Shown piece by piece: positions 16,727-24,076 of a stretch of DNA of 24,076 nt (position 1 is its first letter; each line of letters begins with the position of its first letter). This DNA is from Candidatus Coatesbacteria bacterium (GTDB lineage: Bacteria; RBG-13-66-14). The position numbers and the translations under genes are program-made. Below the pieces are notes generated by a model. It searched no databases. It saw only the letters and a program-made list of their open reading frames with translations, and was not told the origin of the DNA. The stretch lies in the NCBI GenBank assembly GCA_030631385.1, contig DAOVLG010000001.1, forward strand, positions 1 through 24,076, given 5' to 3'.

Positions 16727-16760
16727 AAAAAAAAAGTCGGGCCGGAGGGTCCGTCTTTTT
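16727..16760. terminator. bidirectional intrinsic terminator
   Basis: A9-GTCGGGCC-GGAG-GGTCCGTC-T5 between convergent genes. Confidence 0.65.
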
Positions 16761-16961
16761 GAGACCTCTGAAAAAGTCAGTTCGAGTTGTCTGAGTAACT
16801 CCTTCAGAAAAACCGATAAAAAATGTGCTATAGAGAGTGGAGTGTTGCCAATCCAAGCTAAGACAAGGGGCGCCCGTCCCCTTGAGGTTCCCGGCAAGGG
16901 GTTAAAACCCCTTGTCTCAATGGTTGATTTGTAAGGTGGATTGCACTTTTACAGAGGCCTT
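16761..16961. mobile_element. MITE-like element (201 bp)
   Basis: Left GAGACCTCTGAAAAA; right rc AAGGCCTCTGTAAAA (12/15 match); TTTTT on both sides; carries CAAGGGG..CCCCTTG palindromes at 16864-16884 and 16895-16914. Confidence 0.55.
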
Positions 16962-16974
16962 TTTTTTACAAACC

Positions 16975-17131
16975 GAGACCTTTGAAAAATTACTTTTTTA
17001 ACCCCTCACCCTAACCCGTGGGCGACTGCTCCTCCCCCTAAAGGGGCGAGGGGATGAGAGGAAGATCGGCTCACTTACTCCCTCTCCCTTTGGGAGAGGG
17101 CCGGGGTGAGGGACGAATTATTGAAGGTCGT
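16975..17131. mobile_element. probable degenerate MITE-like element (157 bp)
   Basis: Left GAGACCTTTGAAAAAT (16975-16990); degenerate right end AATTATTGAAGGTCGT (17116-17131); carries CCCTCACCCTAACCC / CCCTCTCCC..GGGAGAGGG repeats (17002-17112); no target duplication. Confidence 0.45.
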
Positions 17132-17138
17132 ATCAGCC

Positions 17139-18140
17139 TTACGCCCGGCCCTCGTCCTGGTAGTACCGTTTCCACCAGCGCTTGAACTCGCCAGACTTGA
17201 TTTTTTTCCACCAGCCCTCATTCGCCCTGTACCACTCCACCGTTTCCCGCAGCCCTTCGGCAAAGTCATGTTCCGGCCACCAGCCCAAGGCCGCGAGCTT
17301 GTCCGAGTCGAGGGCGTAGCGGTAGTCGTGTCCGGGCCGGTCGGGGACGTGTTCGAGGAGTTTTTTATCGGCCCCGACGGCGTCCAGGATCGCCCCGCCC
17401 ATCTCCAAGGTGTTCAGTAGGTTCCCCCCGCCGACGTTGTACGCCTCGCCGTTTTCGCCCTTTTCGATCAAGAGCAGGATCGCCCGGCAGTGGTCACGGA
17501 CGTGGATCCAGTCGCGGACCGCCTCGCCGGTGCCGTACACCGGGCAGGGCTTGCCTTCGAGGGCGTTGGTGATGAAGAGGGGGACCAGTTTTTCGGGGTA
17601 CTGGCGCGGGCCGTAGTTGTTACTGGACCGGCTGATGACCACCGGCACGCCGTGGGTGGCCCAGTAGGAGTAGGCCAGGCGGTCGGCGGCGGCCTTCGAT
17701 GCCGAGTAGGGGTTGCGCGGCATGAGCGGGTCGGTCTCTTTGCTGAAACCCTCGAGTACCTCGCCGTAGATCTCGTCGGTGGATATCTGGACGAAGCGCT
17801 CGACGCCGAGTTCCTTGGCCGCTTCCAGGAGAACGTAGGCGCCGAAGACGTCGGTTCGGATAAAGTCGTCGGCGTCCACGATGGAGCGGTCCACGTGTGT
17901 CTCGGCGGCGAAGTTGACCACGACGTCGCAGCCTTGCATCGCCGGGCGCACGTCGGCTGGCTCGGCCACGTCGCCCTTGATGAAGGTTATCTCGTCCTTG
18001 ACCGTGTCGAGGTTGGCCGGGTTGCCGGCGTAGGTGAGCTTGTCGAGGATGGTCAGGTCCCAGTCGGGCCGCTCCCGCCGGAGGAGGTGGACGAAGTTAG
18101 AGCCGATGAACCCCGCCCCGCCGGTAATGAGGAGCTTCAT
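17139..18140 (-). CDS. rfbB: dTDP-glucose 4,6-dehydratase
   Basis: TGGAGFIGSN, LDKLTYAG, NFAAETHVDRSI, STDEIYG, PRNPYSASKA, NNYGPRQYPEKLVP, RDWIHV, DRPGHDYRY. Confidence 0.97.
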   Translation of the reverse strand: MKLLITGGAGFIGSNFVHLLRRERPDWDLTILDKLTYAGNPANLDTVKDEITFIKGDVAEPADVRPAMQGCDVVVNFAAETHVDRSIVDADDFIRTDVFGAYVLLEAAKELGVERFVQISTDEIYGEVLEGFSKETDPLMPRNPYSASKAAADRLAYSYWATHGVPVVISRSSNNYGPRQYPEKLVPLFITNALEGKPCPVYGTGEAVRDWIHVRDHCRAILLLIEKGENGEAYNVGGGNLLNTLEMGGAILDAVGADKKLLEHVPDRPGHDYRYALDSDKLAALGWWPEHDFAEGLRETVEWYRANEGWWKKIKSGEFKRWWKRYYQDEGRA

Positions 18141-18358
18141 ACAAACGACCTAATGAATGTTAGAGGTCTTTTAGCGGTCATTTTGCCTATTTCGGCGGGG
18201 ATGGGTATATGCGCCCGAAGGGAAATCCCCGCCCTACGGTGGCGAATTGTAGGTTTTTCGTGTAGGGCGGGGTTTCCTAACCCCGCCGCCTTTTCAGCAG
18301 ATATGGTAATCTCCATACTGCCGATGAACCCGGCCCCGCCGGTGACAAGAATGCGCAA
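18137..18358 (-). pseudogene. truncated NAD-dependent epimerase/dehydratase start fused to REP-derived sequence (73-codon chimeric ORF)
   Basis: TTG start with SD AGGAG; MRILVTGGAGFIGS Rossmann motif, then sequence derived from REP palindromes; stop overlaps the rfbB ATG (ATGA). Confidence 0.7.
18194..18290. repeat. divergent pair of GTAG-type REP-like palindromes
   Basis: Minus GTAG-GGCGGGGAT...ATCCCCGCC (18237-18194); plus GTAG-GGCGGGGTT-TCCT-AACCCCGCC (18262-18287). Confidence 0.75.
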
Positions 18359-18359
18359 G

Positions 18360-19058
18360 CTAACACTCCTGTGTCTTGCTATTATATATTCTGTTTAACT
18401 TGTCTAAAGAGGACTTTAAAGATGAAATAATTTGTTTCAAATCATTTGGTTGTAAATAATCAAGCATAACAGTAAAATCCATTTTTACTTTATTTTGATA
18501 ATATCTTTTTTGTTTTTTCCTCTCAGCTACAATTTCTTTTTGTGACAGGGATGCGAAATGTCTTATATACATTATTATAAATATGATAGTATCATTCATA
18601 TAATTATTTAAAGGTTCGAATATAAATTTATATTTATTTTCTACTTCTTTTACATCTTGCATAATATTTAATAAAAACGATTGTATTTCCTGTATAATAA
18701 ATAGAAGAATATCCTGTGATATTTTAAAATGTAAATATAAAAAGCGAACGTTAATTATAGAATTAATAATACCTCGGTAGCATAAGCGACATTGTTTTAA
18801 ATAGTTAATAAAATCTATTACGTTTTTAAAGCCGGTACAATATTCAAAAGTATTATCCGTAAATTCATCCTTCACTAGGATCATTTGTTTAGATAATTCT
18901 TGTATTGAGAAATTAACTTGTTCCCAGTAAGCGTTTCCTCTATCTTTAATATATTTAAATATAATAAATATTAATGTTACTGCTGTGCAAATAGATCCAA
19001 TTGCTGTAACAATTGTCCAGAAGTTATCGTGTGAGAAGTTACTGATTATAAAAATCAT
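18360..19058 (-). CDS. AT-rich hypothetical protein with N-terminal TM helix (horizontally acquired)
   Basis: 232-codon ORF; hand counts gave 11/60 and 16/60 GC in two sampled lines; hydrophobic WTIVTAIGSICTAVTLIFIIF segment. Confidence 0.75.
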   Translation of the reverse strand: MIFIISNFSHDNFWTIVTAIGSICTAVTLIFIIFKYIKDRGNAYWEQVNFSIQELSKQMILVKDEFTDNTFEYCTGFKNVIDFINYLKQCRLCYRGIINSIINVRFLYLHFKISQDILLFIIQEIQSFLLNIMQDVKEVENKYKFIFEPLNNYMNDTIIFIIMYIRHFASLSQKEIVAERKKQKRYYQNKVKMDFTVMLDYLQPNDLKQIISSLKSSLDKLNRIYNSKTQEC

Positions 19059-19118
19059 ATGCTTGTAATGTTGTATAATTTAGGTAAATTTAGTTCTTAC
19101 TCGTTGAGATGTTCTTCA

Positions 19119-19244
19119 ATGATAATCCGCCGCTACAGAGCTGACGACCTGCCCGCGTGGGTGGAGCTGACGAACCTGGATAACTGCGACGGCGAAGCCG
19201 CAAACCCGCTCCCCGCTGGATTATATCACGGTTGTGCGGTGTAA
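19119..19244 (+). pseudogene. possible 5' stub of a GNAT acetyltransferase
   Basis: MIIRRYRADDLPAWVELTN resembles the GNAT first strand-helix, then degenerates; TATAAT at 19074-19079 upstream. Confidence 0.35.
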
Positions 19245-19289
19245 AATAGCAGGCTCGCCCCACAGGACCGCTATCAAGGAACAAAGCCC

Positions 19290-19736
19290 CTACAGGAAGG
19301 TCAGGTTGAAGGTCAGGGTTGCCGTCCCGACGGACGATTCCACCACCTCGATCCAGATCTCCTCACCGGGCTGCATCCAGTAGTGGAAGGTCTCGTCATC
19401 CACCAAGGGCTCGTCGTACATGGTCTCCAGTGAGGTCAGCCACTCGTCGTAACGGTCCTTCCCATCCCAGGCGTCGTCCCAGAGCTCGGTGTAGGTTACT
19501 TCTTTGAGATATGTCTCGTCGAGCCACACGAGTTTCAGGGTCTGGTTTCCCCGCTCGGCACGGAGGCTGAGGTTATCCTCGGCGGCCTCTGTCACCCAGC
19601 CTTCGACGCGCAGAAGCGAGCCGATCTCCTCCAGTATGGTTTCGTTGGCCATACCGAGGCCGAGGGGGTAGAGCGGCATCTCCTCTTCAGCGGCGAAAAG
19701 GGAGACGATCACGATCAGCGGCAAGAGCCTCTTCAC
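19290..19736 (-). CDS. secreted acidic paralog of the tandem array (P6)
   Basis: GTG 19736 with GGGGGA SD; signal peptide KRLLPLIVIVSLFA; EGW, YTELW, RYDEWLTSLETMYDEP..HYW. Confidence 0.8.
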   Translation of the reverse strand: MKRLLPLIVIVSLFAAEEEMPLYPLGLGMANETILEEIGSLLRVEGWVTEAAEDNLSLRAERGNQTLKLVWLDETYLKEVTYTELWDDAWDGKDRYDEWLTSLETMYDEPLVDDETFHYWMQPGEEIWIEVVESSVGTATLTFNLTFL

Positions 19737-19751
19737 CTTATCCCCCATCCT

Positions 19752-20066
19752 TTAAAGAAAACTTTGGGTGAACGTAATGAGCATCGCCGGTTGGTCGCCG
19801 TGACCAAAGTTGAAGGTTCCGGTATCCGTCTCGACATCGTAGCCGGCCTTCATCCAGCAGTGGCGACCGTCCTCCGTCTCCACCGGGTCACCGAACTCTA
19901 AGCTGAGCCCCTCGAACCACTTGGCGTAATGCTTCTCCAGGACTTCCTCGTCGTCCCATTGTTCGGCGTAGCGGATGGATACGAGCCGGCCGCAGAGGAA
20001 GAAGTCGCTTGAAAGTCGACCCGGAAGACCGTATAGCGTACGGGAGCAGGTAAACCGGGCGATCAA
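19752..20066 (-). pseudogene. 5'-truncated paralog of the array (P5)
   Basis: No signal peptide; only the C-terminal half aligns: GRLVSIRYAEQW..HYAKWFEGLSLEFGDP..HCW. Confidence 0.6.
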
Positions 20067-20605
20067 TCCTCTCTGCTTCTGATGATGACCTCGTCTTCGG
20101 TGTGAAAGAAGTATTTGCTCTCGGGAAAGATGTTGATCATCATGGTGGGGGAGGTGTTTTCTCTGGCGATGAAGGTTCGATCGTATATTTTTATCTCGTA
20201 GCCTCCCACGGACCAGGATGGGTAACCGTCATCCCCCTCTTCCGGAGTTCCGTAAAAGATTTTCAGCCACTCCGACCAGGTCGCGTACGCGCTGTTGAGC
20301 CCCCCGATGGACGACCAATGTTCGAGAAAGTTCAGGTGGTAAAGCCTGCCGTATACGTTGAACTCGTAGATGAGCACGCGGTTGTCCATCTCACCGCGGA
20401 CGCGGAATATGGGATCGAAGTCAACGTTGTACCACTCCGCGCTCGTCTCCCAGCCGTTCTCCTCCAGGGCGGCCTGGACGTCGAGCTGATTGTCTCCGAT
20501 CAAAAGGCCGTCGAGGAAGGGATCGGGCAACCGCTCGGCCTCCTCGGCGAGAGCCGCCACAAACAGAAGACAGGACAGTAGGGCTAATGATCTCCAGATA
20601 CGCAT
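20063..20605 (-). CDS. secreted acidic paralog of the tandem array (P4)
   Basis: Signal peptide; DPFLDGLLIG, NGW, GRLYHLNFLEHW, YATWSEWLKIFYGTP..PSW. Confidence 0.85.
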   Translation of the reverse strand: MRIWRSLALLSCLLFVAALAEEAERLPDPFLDGLLIGDNQLDVQAALEENGWETSAEWYNVDFDPIFRVRGEMDNRVLIYEFNVYGRLYHLNFLEHWSSIGGLNSAYATWSEWLKIFYGTPEEGDDGYPSWSVGGYEIKIYDRTFIARENTSPTMMINIFPESKYFFHTEDEVIIRSRED

Positions 20606-20608
20606 AGT

Positions 20609-21094
20609 TCAACCTTCTCTCGTGGGCCGCGAGGGGATGATAATCCCGCGGGGATACTGCACATAGCTCTCGGTGTCGGCGCCGGTCCAGTAACAGCCGA
20701 AGACCGGGCCCGTTCCGCTCCTGAGCCCCGGTCCCAGAAGCTCCTCAAATCCGTCGCAGAGTCGCCTGTATTCTTCTTCGAGATGGGCGACGGTATCGGC
20801 GGAGCCACCCTTGGCCGTGAAGCTGTAGGAGAGGTGGACCACCCGCCCCGCCTCGTAGTTCGAGAGAAAGACGGTTATCATCTCGTCGCCGAACTCGGTG
20901 TGGCGGAAGCCGGTGGGCTCCTCCAGGAGGCTGGCGGCTATGATCCACCTCTGGGCGTCTACCGCCCTCGCCACCTTATCGTAGGAGGTGTCGAAGGGAT
21001 TGATTCCGAGAATCGGTTCCTGGGGCGTTGACTCTGACATAACGACCACCGGCAGGACTAGGGTGAGGAGAAACACGAGGGGTAAGAATTTCAA
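20609..21094 (-). CDS. secreted paralog of the tandem array (P3)
   Basis: TTG 21094 with SD GGAGG; signal peptide; EPILG, RW, EEEYRRLCDGFEELLGPG..CYW (closest to P1). Confidence 0.8.
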   Translation of the reverse strand: MKFLPLVFLLTLVLPVVVMSESTPQEPILGINPFDTSYDKVARAVDAQRWIIAASLLEEPTGFRHTEFGDEMITVFLSNYEAGRVVHLSYSFTAKGGSADTVAHLEEEYRRLCDGFEELLGPGLRSGTGPVFGCYWTGADTESYVQYPRGIIIPSRPTREG

Positions 21095-21110
21095 ATCGTT
21101 CCTCCGCTGC

Positions 21111-21236
21111 TCAGGGCACGAGGACGACGATCTCCAGATGGGGGCCGCTTTCCGGGTCGGTGAAGGGGTCGGTCGGCATCCAGGCCCCGTTGGCCAGGAC
21201 AAGGGCCGGCAGGAGAAGGGGAATTATGGTTCTCAT
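21111..21236 (-). pseudogene. 3'-truncated paralog stub (41 aa; not in the ORF track)
   Basis: MRTIIPLLLPALVLANGAWMPTDPFTDPESGPHLEIVVLVP*: signal peptide plus the family DPF motif, then a stop just before the P3 SD. Confidence 0.6.
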
Positions 21237-21328
21237 CACTCCCGCCTGGCAGCGGTGCAAGCCTCACGCCTACTAGATGGACGGTTCAGGGGAGGGGACC
21301 GCCATCCACAGGTTTTGACGACCACCGC

Positions 21329-21757
21329 CTAGTCCCAACTGATAGAGACTATCAGCCCGGCATCCTCGGTATACAGCCGGATCGAGTACGCGTGGGGGAT
21401 TATCCAGAGCTGGTAACCGTCAACGCTTACCGCCGATGGTGTGCCCCAGGTGTTGCTCAGGCGCTCCCGCCAGGTGTCCAGCTCATCTTCCACGGTAGCC
21501 GAATCCGCCTCGAGGGAGTACTCGGCGAATGACGGTTCGCCCGCGGCGGTGAAACGGTACTCGAGCCTCTCGTTGCCGCGGACGCCGATGATCAGGTCGT
21601 CGGACGATTCCTGTAAGCCGTACCCCGCGCCTTTCATGACCTCTACCACTACGTCGGCGTCAGCGCCGAACTCAATCCCTTCAAGGAATGGGTCCGACGG
21701 TTCGACGCCGGTTGCGTAAGCGGCGACGGCTATTAGCAGTAACGGGAGTGCCTTCAT
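21329..21757 (-). CDS. secreted acidic paralog of the tandem array (P2)
   Basis: ATG 21757 with SD AAGGAG; MKALPLLLIAVAAYA; DPFLEGIEFG, AGY, LDTWRERLSNTWGTP..QLW. Confidence 0.85.
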   Translation of the reverse strand: MKALPLLLIAVAAYATGVEPSDPFLEGIEFGADADVVVEVMKGAGYGLQESSDDLIIGVRGNERLEYRFTAAGEPSFAEYSLEADSATVEDELDTWRERLSNTWGTPSAVSVDGYQLWIIPHAYSIRLYTEDAGLIVSISWD

Positions 21758-21781
21758 GACAAGCTCCTTTTTTCGTATGGC

Positions 21782-21938
21782 GAGACGTTTGAACAGGTAC
21801 TGTTTTCGACCCCGAAACACACTTACCCATTCTTGGGTCAAGGGGTTGAAACCCCTTTTCTATCATGTGGTTGTGGACCTGTAGCCCCCGTGAGGTCGGG
21901 CGAATAAATCTGCCATAAGGGCATTTTTCAAAGGTCTC
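21782..21938. mobile_element. MITE (157 bp) with 5-bp target-site duplication
   Basis: Left GAGACGTTTGAACAG; right rc GAGACCTTTGAAAAA; flanked by the direct repeat ATGGC (21777-21781 and 21939-21943); carries CAAGGGGTTGAAACCCCTT (21839-21857). Confidence 0.75.
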
Positions 21939-21968
21939 ATGGCTTAAAATGATGACACCGTAGGTTCG

Positions 21969-22505
21969 TCAGTCGTTTTCCGGCTCGCGCAGGGGAACGA
22001 GGTTGACCGAGACGGTCAGGCGGGTGTCCCACATCGGTTCCAAGAGGAGTTCGATCCGGCTTGAGTCCCGCTCGGGCCAGGTATGGCTCCACCCGGCTTC
22101 GGAGGTTTCGGTTACACCCGGCCCGATGAGGTAATCGAAAGCCTCAACCAATCTGTTGAATTCCTCCTTCCAGCGCTCGACGTCCGCCCCGTACTCAAGC
22201 CAAGGGATATAGGTGTATTCCACTGTAACGATGTCTTGGTGGAGTTCGGTGGCCGTTGAACCGCCTGGACTAAATCTGAGCGTCAGATGCTCTTCACCGT
22301 TTTTCGCCGTTCGCTCTGCGGTCACGCACAACTCCGCGTCCTCTGTAACCCGCCAGTCCTGCGCCAACAGGCTTTCGGTTACCTGCTCGGTATTCGTGGC
22401 GACCACAGGGGTGTTCAAGAAAGGCTCGACGTAGTCCAAAATACTCGCGTCGGCCAGGCAGAGGACTGGCAGGATCAGGAAAAGGATACCGGCTCTATTC
22501 ATCAT
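21969..22505 (-). CDS. secreted acidic paralog of the tandem array (P1)
   Basis: Signal peptide; EPFL, QDW, KEEFNRLVEAFDYLIGPG..HTW. Confidence 0.8.
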   Translation of the reverse strand: MMNRAGILFLILPVLCLADASILDYVEPFLNTPVVATNTEQVTESLLAQDWRVTEDAELCVTAERTAKNGEEHLTLRFSPGGSTATELHQDIVTVEYTYIPWLEYGADVERWKEEFNRLVEAFDYLIGPGVTETSEAGWSHTWPERDSSRIELLLEPMWDTRLTVSVNLVPLREPEND

Positions 22506-22535
22506 AGACCGCCTTGATGGGTGTCAAATTAGGAA

Positions 22536-22564
22536 ATTATAGTCCAACCGGGGTCGGGCTTCAA
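22536..22564 (-). promoter_or_regulatory. sigma70 promoter for the secreted-protein array
   Basis: TTGAAG (22564-22559), 17 nt spacer, TATAAT (22541-22536). Confidence 0.7.
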
Positions 22565-22592
22565 ATCGGTTAGGCATTTACAGGCCAGATTT

Positions 22593-24076
22593 TTATTCCG
22601 CAAGTAATTCCTCCAAGGCGTGTCGTATACCTGGTGCGTCCAGGCCCAGCTCGGCGCGCAGCTCCGCCTGGGTGCCGTGGGTGATGAAGCGGTCCGGGAT
22701 GCCCAGGCGGCGAACCTTTATCTCACCCGCATCCAGCAGCCCCCGGTCGGTTAAGAGTTCCACCACCGCCGATCCGAAGCCGCCTTGCAGCGTGTTCTCC
22801 TCCACGGTTAGGACGCGGCCCGTTTTTTTCGCCCATTCCACGATCAGCTCTTCGTCCAGCGGTTTGAGCCAACGGGCGTTGATTACCGCGATTTCCTTCC
22901 CCTGCTTACTCAGCTCTTCCGCCGCCTCCAGCGAGGGGGTCACGGTGCTGCCGATGGCCACGATGACTGCGTTGGGGCCCTCCCGGCGGAGCTCCCCTTT
23001 CCCGATGGGAATCTCGTGGAGCGGTTTCGTGTGGTCAACGCCGGACCCCTTTCCCCGGGGGTAGCGAACGGCGAAGGGACCGTCGTGTTTGTAACCGGTG
23101 TAGAGGAGATGCCGCAGCTCGTCCTCGTCTGCCGGCGCGCAGACGATCAGGTTGGGGGCGCTGCGCAGGTAGGTGAGATCGAGGGTTCCGTGGTGGGTCG
23201 GTCCGTCGGCGCCCACCAACCCACCCCGGTCAATGGCGAAGAGCACCGGCAGCTCCATCAGGCAGATGTCAATGACCAACTGGTCGTAGGCCCGCTGGAG
23301 GAAGGTGGAGTAGACGGCCACCACCGGCTTCATCCCCGTGATGGCCAGCCCCCCGGCCAGGCTCACCGCGTGCTGCTCGGCGATCCCCACGTCAATGAAC
23401 TGATCCGGCAGGGCGTCGGCCAGGATAGAAAGACCCGTGCCGTCGGGCATGGCGGCGGTGATCCCGACGACCTTGGGATCCCTGGCCGCCAGTTCGGTGA
23501 CGGTGCAGCCGAAGATTTCCGTGTAGGTAGGCACCGGCCCGCTCACCTGACAAACGCCGGTCTTCAGGTCGAACCTGCCCAGACCGTGGAACCTGGTGGC
23601 GTCGTTTTCCGCCGGCTCGTAGCCCTTCCCCTTCTTGGTGATCACGTGGAGAAAAACCGGTTGCTTCAGGTCCCGCACGGTCTTCAAGGTTCCGATCAGC
23701 TTGGGCAGGTCGTGGCCGTCAATGGGACCGAAGTATAAAAAGCCCATCTCCTCGAAGATCATCCCGGGCGTAACTATGTTCTTCAGCCCTTCCTCGATCT
23801 TGCGCGCCAGGGAGAAGATGCCCATGCCGATGCCGGGGATCTTCTTCACGATCTGCTGGACCTGCTTGCGCAAGGAGAGGTAGCTCCGGGTGGTGATCAT
23901 CCGGTTGAGGTAATTCGACAGGGCACCCACGCTCTTGGAGATGCTCATCCGGTTGTCGTTTAAGACAACCAGGAAGGGCATCTCGCAACGTCCGGCGTGG
24001 TTGAGGGCCTCGAAGGCCATACCGCCGGTCAGGGAGCCGTCGCCCACCACGGCGCAGACGCGATGATCCTCCTGCC
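22593..24076 (-). CDS. dxs: 1-deoxy-D-xylulose-5-phosphate synthase (5' end outside the window)
   Basis: VGDGSLTGGMAFEALNHAG, LNDNRMSIS, YFGPIDGHD, TKKGKGY, GITAAMPDGTG, DVGIAEQHAV, YSTFLQRAYDQ, DRGGLVGADGPTHHG, RYPRG. Confidence 0.98.
   Translation of the reverse strand, partial: QEDHRVCAVVGDGSLTGGMAFEALNHAGRCEMPFLVVLNDNRMSISKSVGALSNYLNRMITTRSYLSLRKQVQQIVKKIPGIGMGIFSLARKIEEGLKNIVTPGMIFEEMGFLYFGPIDGHDLPKLIGTLKTVRDLKQPVFLHVITKKGKGYEPAENDATRFHGLGRFDLKTGVCQVSGPVPTYTEIFGCTVTELAARDPKVVGITAAMPDGTGLSILADALPDQFIDVGIAEQHAVSLAGGLAITGMKPVVAVYSTFLQRAYDQLVIDICLMELPVLFAIDRGGLVGADGPTHHGTLDLTYLRSAPNLIVCAPADEDELRHLLYTGYKHDGPFAVRYPRGKGSGVDHTKPLHEIPIGKGELRREGPNAVIVAIGSTVTPSLEAAEELSKQGKEIAVINARWLKPLDEELIVEWAKKTGRVLTVEENTLQGGFGSAVVELLTDRGLLDAGEIKVRRLGIPDRFITHGTQAELRAELGLDAPGIRHALEELLAE

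Noticed and set aside
18144-18170. GACCT...AGGTC short inverted repeat as a collapsed MITE
   Set aside because: Too short and degenerate to distinguish from chance.
16975-21938. Perfect 16-bp inverted repeat (GAGACCTTTGAAAAAT at 16975-16990 and its reverse complement at 21923-21938) as the ends of a 5-kb composite transposon carrying rfbB and the array
   Set aside because: The outer flanks (AAACC vs ATGGC) are not duplicated, whereas 21782-21938 has its own left end and an ATGGC target duplication; two separate MITEs explain the data better.
19290-22505. Array as integron gene cassettes
   Set aside because: No attC-like GTTRRRY/RYYYAAC-bounded palindromes between genes, several genes abut or overlap, and there is no integrase.
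1-24076. CRISPR array, tRNA, rRNA or DGR
   Set aside because: No regularly spaced direct repeats, no cloverleaf, no rRNA-like sequence, no reverse transcriptase or TR/VR pair with adenine-specific mismatches recognised.

Overview
GC-rich chromosomal window from a bacterium, probably a diderm anaerobe (inferred from a TonB-receptor-like gene, a TolB-like propeller, a 2[4Fe-4S] ferredoxin and a radical SAM enzyme). Housekeeping core: aspS, an M50 site-2 protease, ruvX/yqgF, a cold-shock protein, a fur-znuA-znuC-znuB-type metal uptake operon with a palindromic operator inside its promoter, rfbB and a partial dxs. Accessory content: (1) a tandem array of seven (five apparently intact, two truncated) small acidic secreted paralogs under its own sigma70 promoter (19.3-22.5 kb); (2) a two-gene envelope operon encoding a TM-anchored TolB-propeller/DUF3160-like fusion and a secreted HEAT-repeat/SH3 protein; (3) a candidate toxin/immunity pair; (4) a very AT-rich foreign ORF; (5) ~155-200 bp MITE-like elements sharing only GAGAC..TTG.AAAA-type terminal inverted repeats (one with a clean 5-bp target duplication) and carrying different REP-like palindromes. 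Several gene relics absent from the ORF track (a toxin start, a second ferredoxin C-terminus, an epimerase start, a GNAT-like start, a paralog start) lie at or near these repeats. No tRNA, rRNA, CRISPR array or transposase gene was recognised. Family assignments come from motif recognition by eye, not from database searches.
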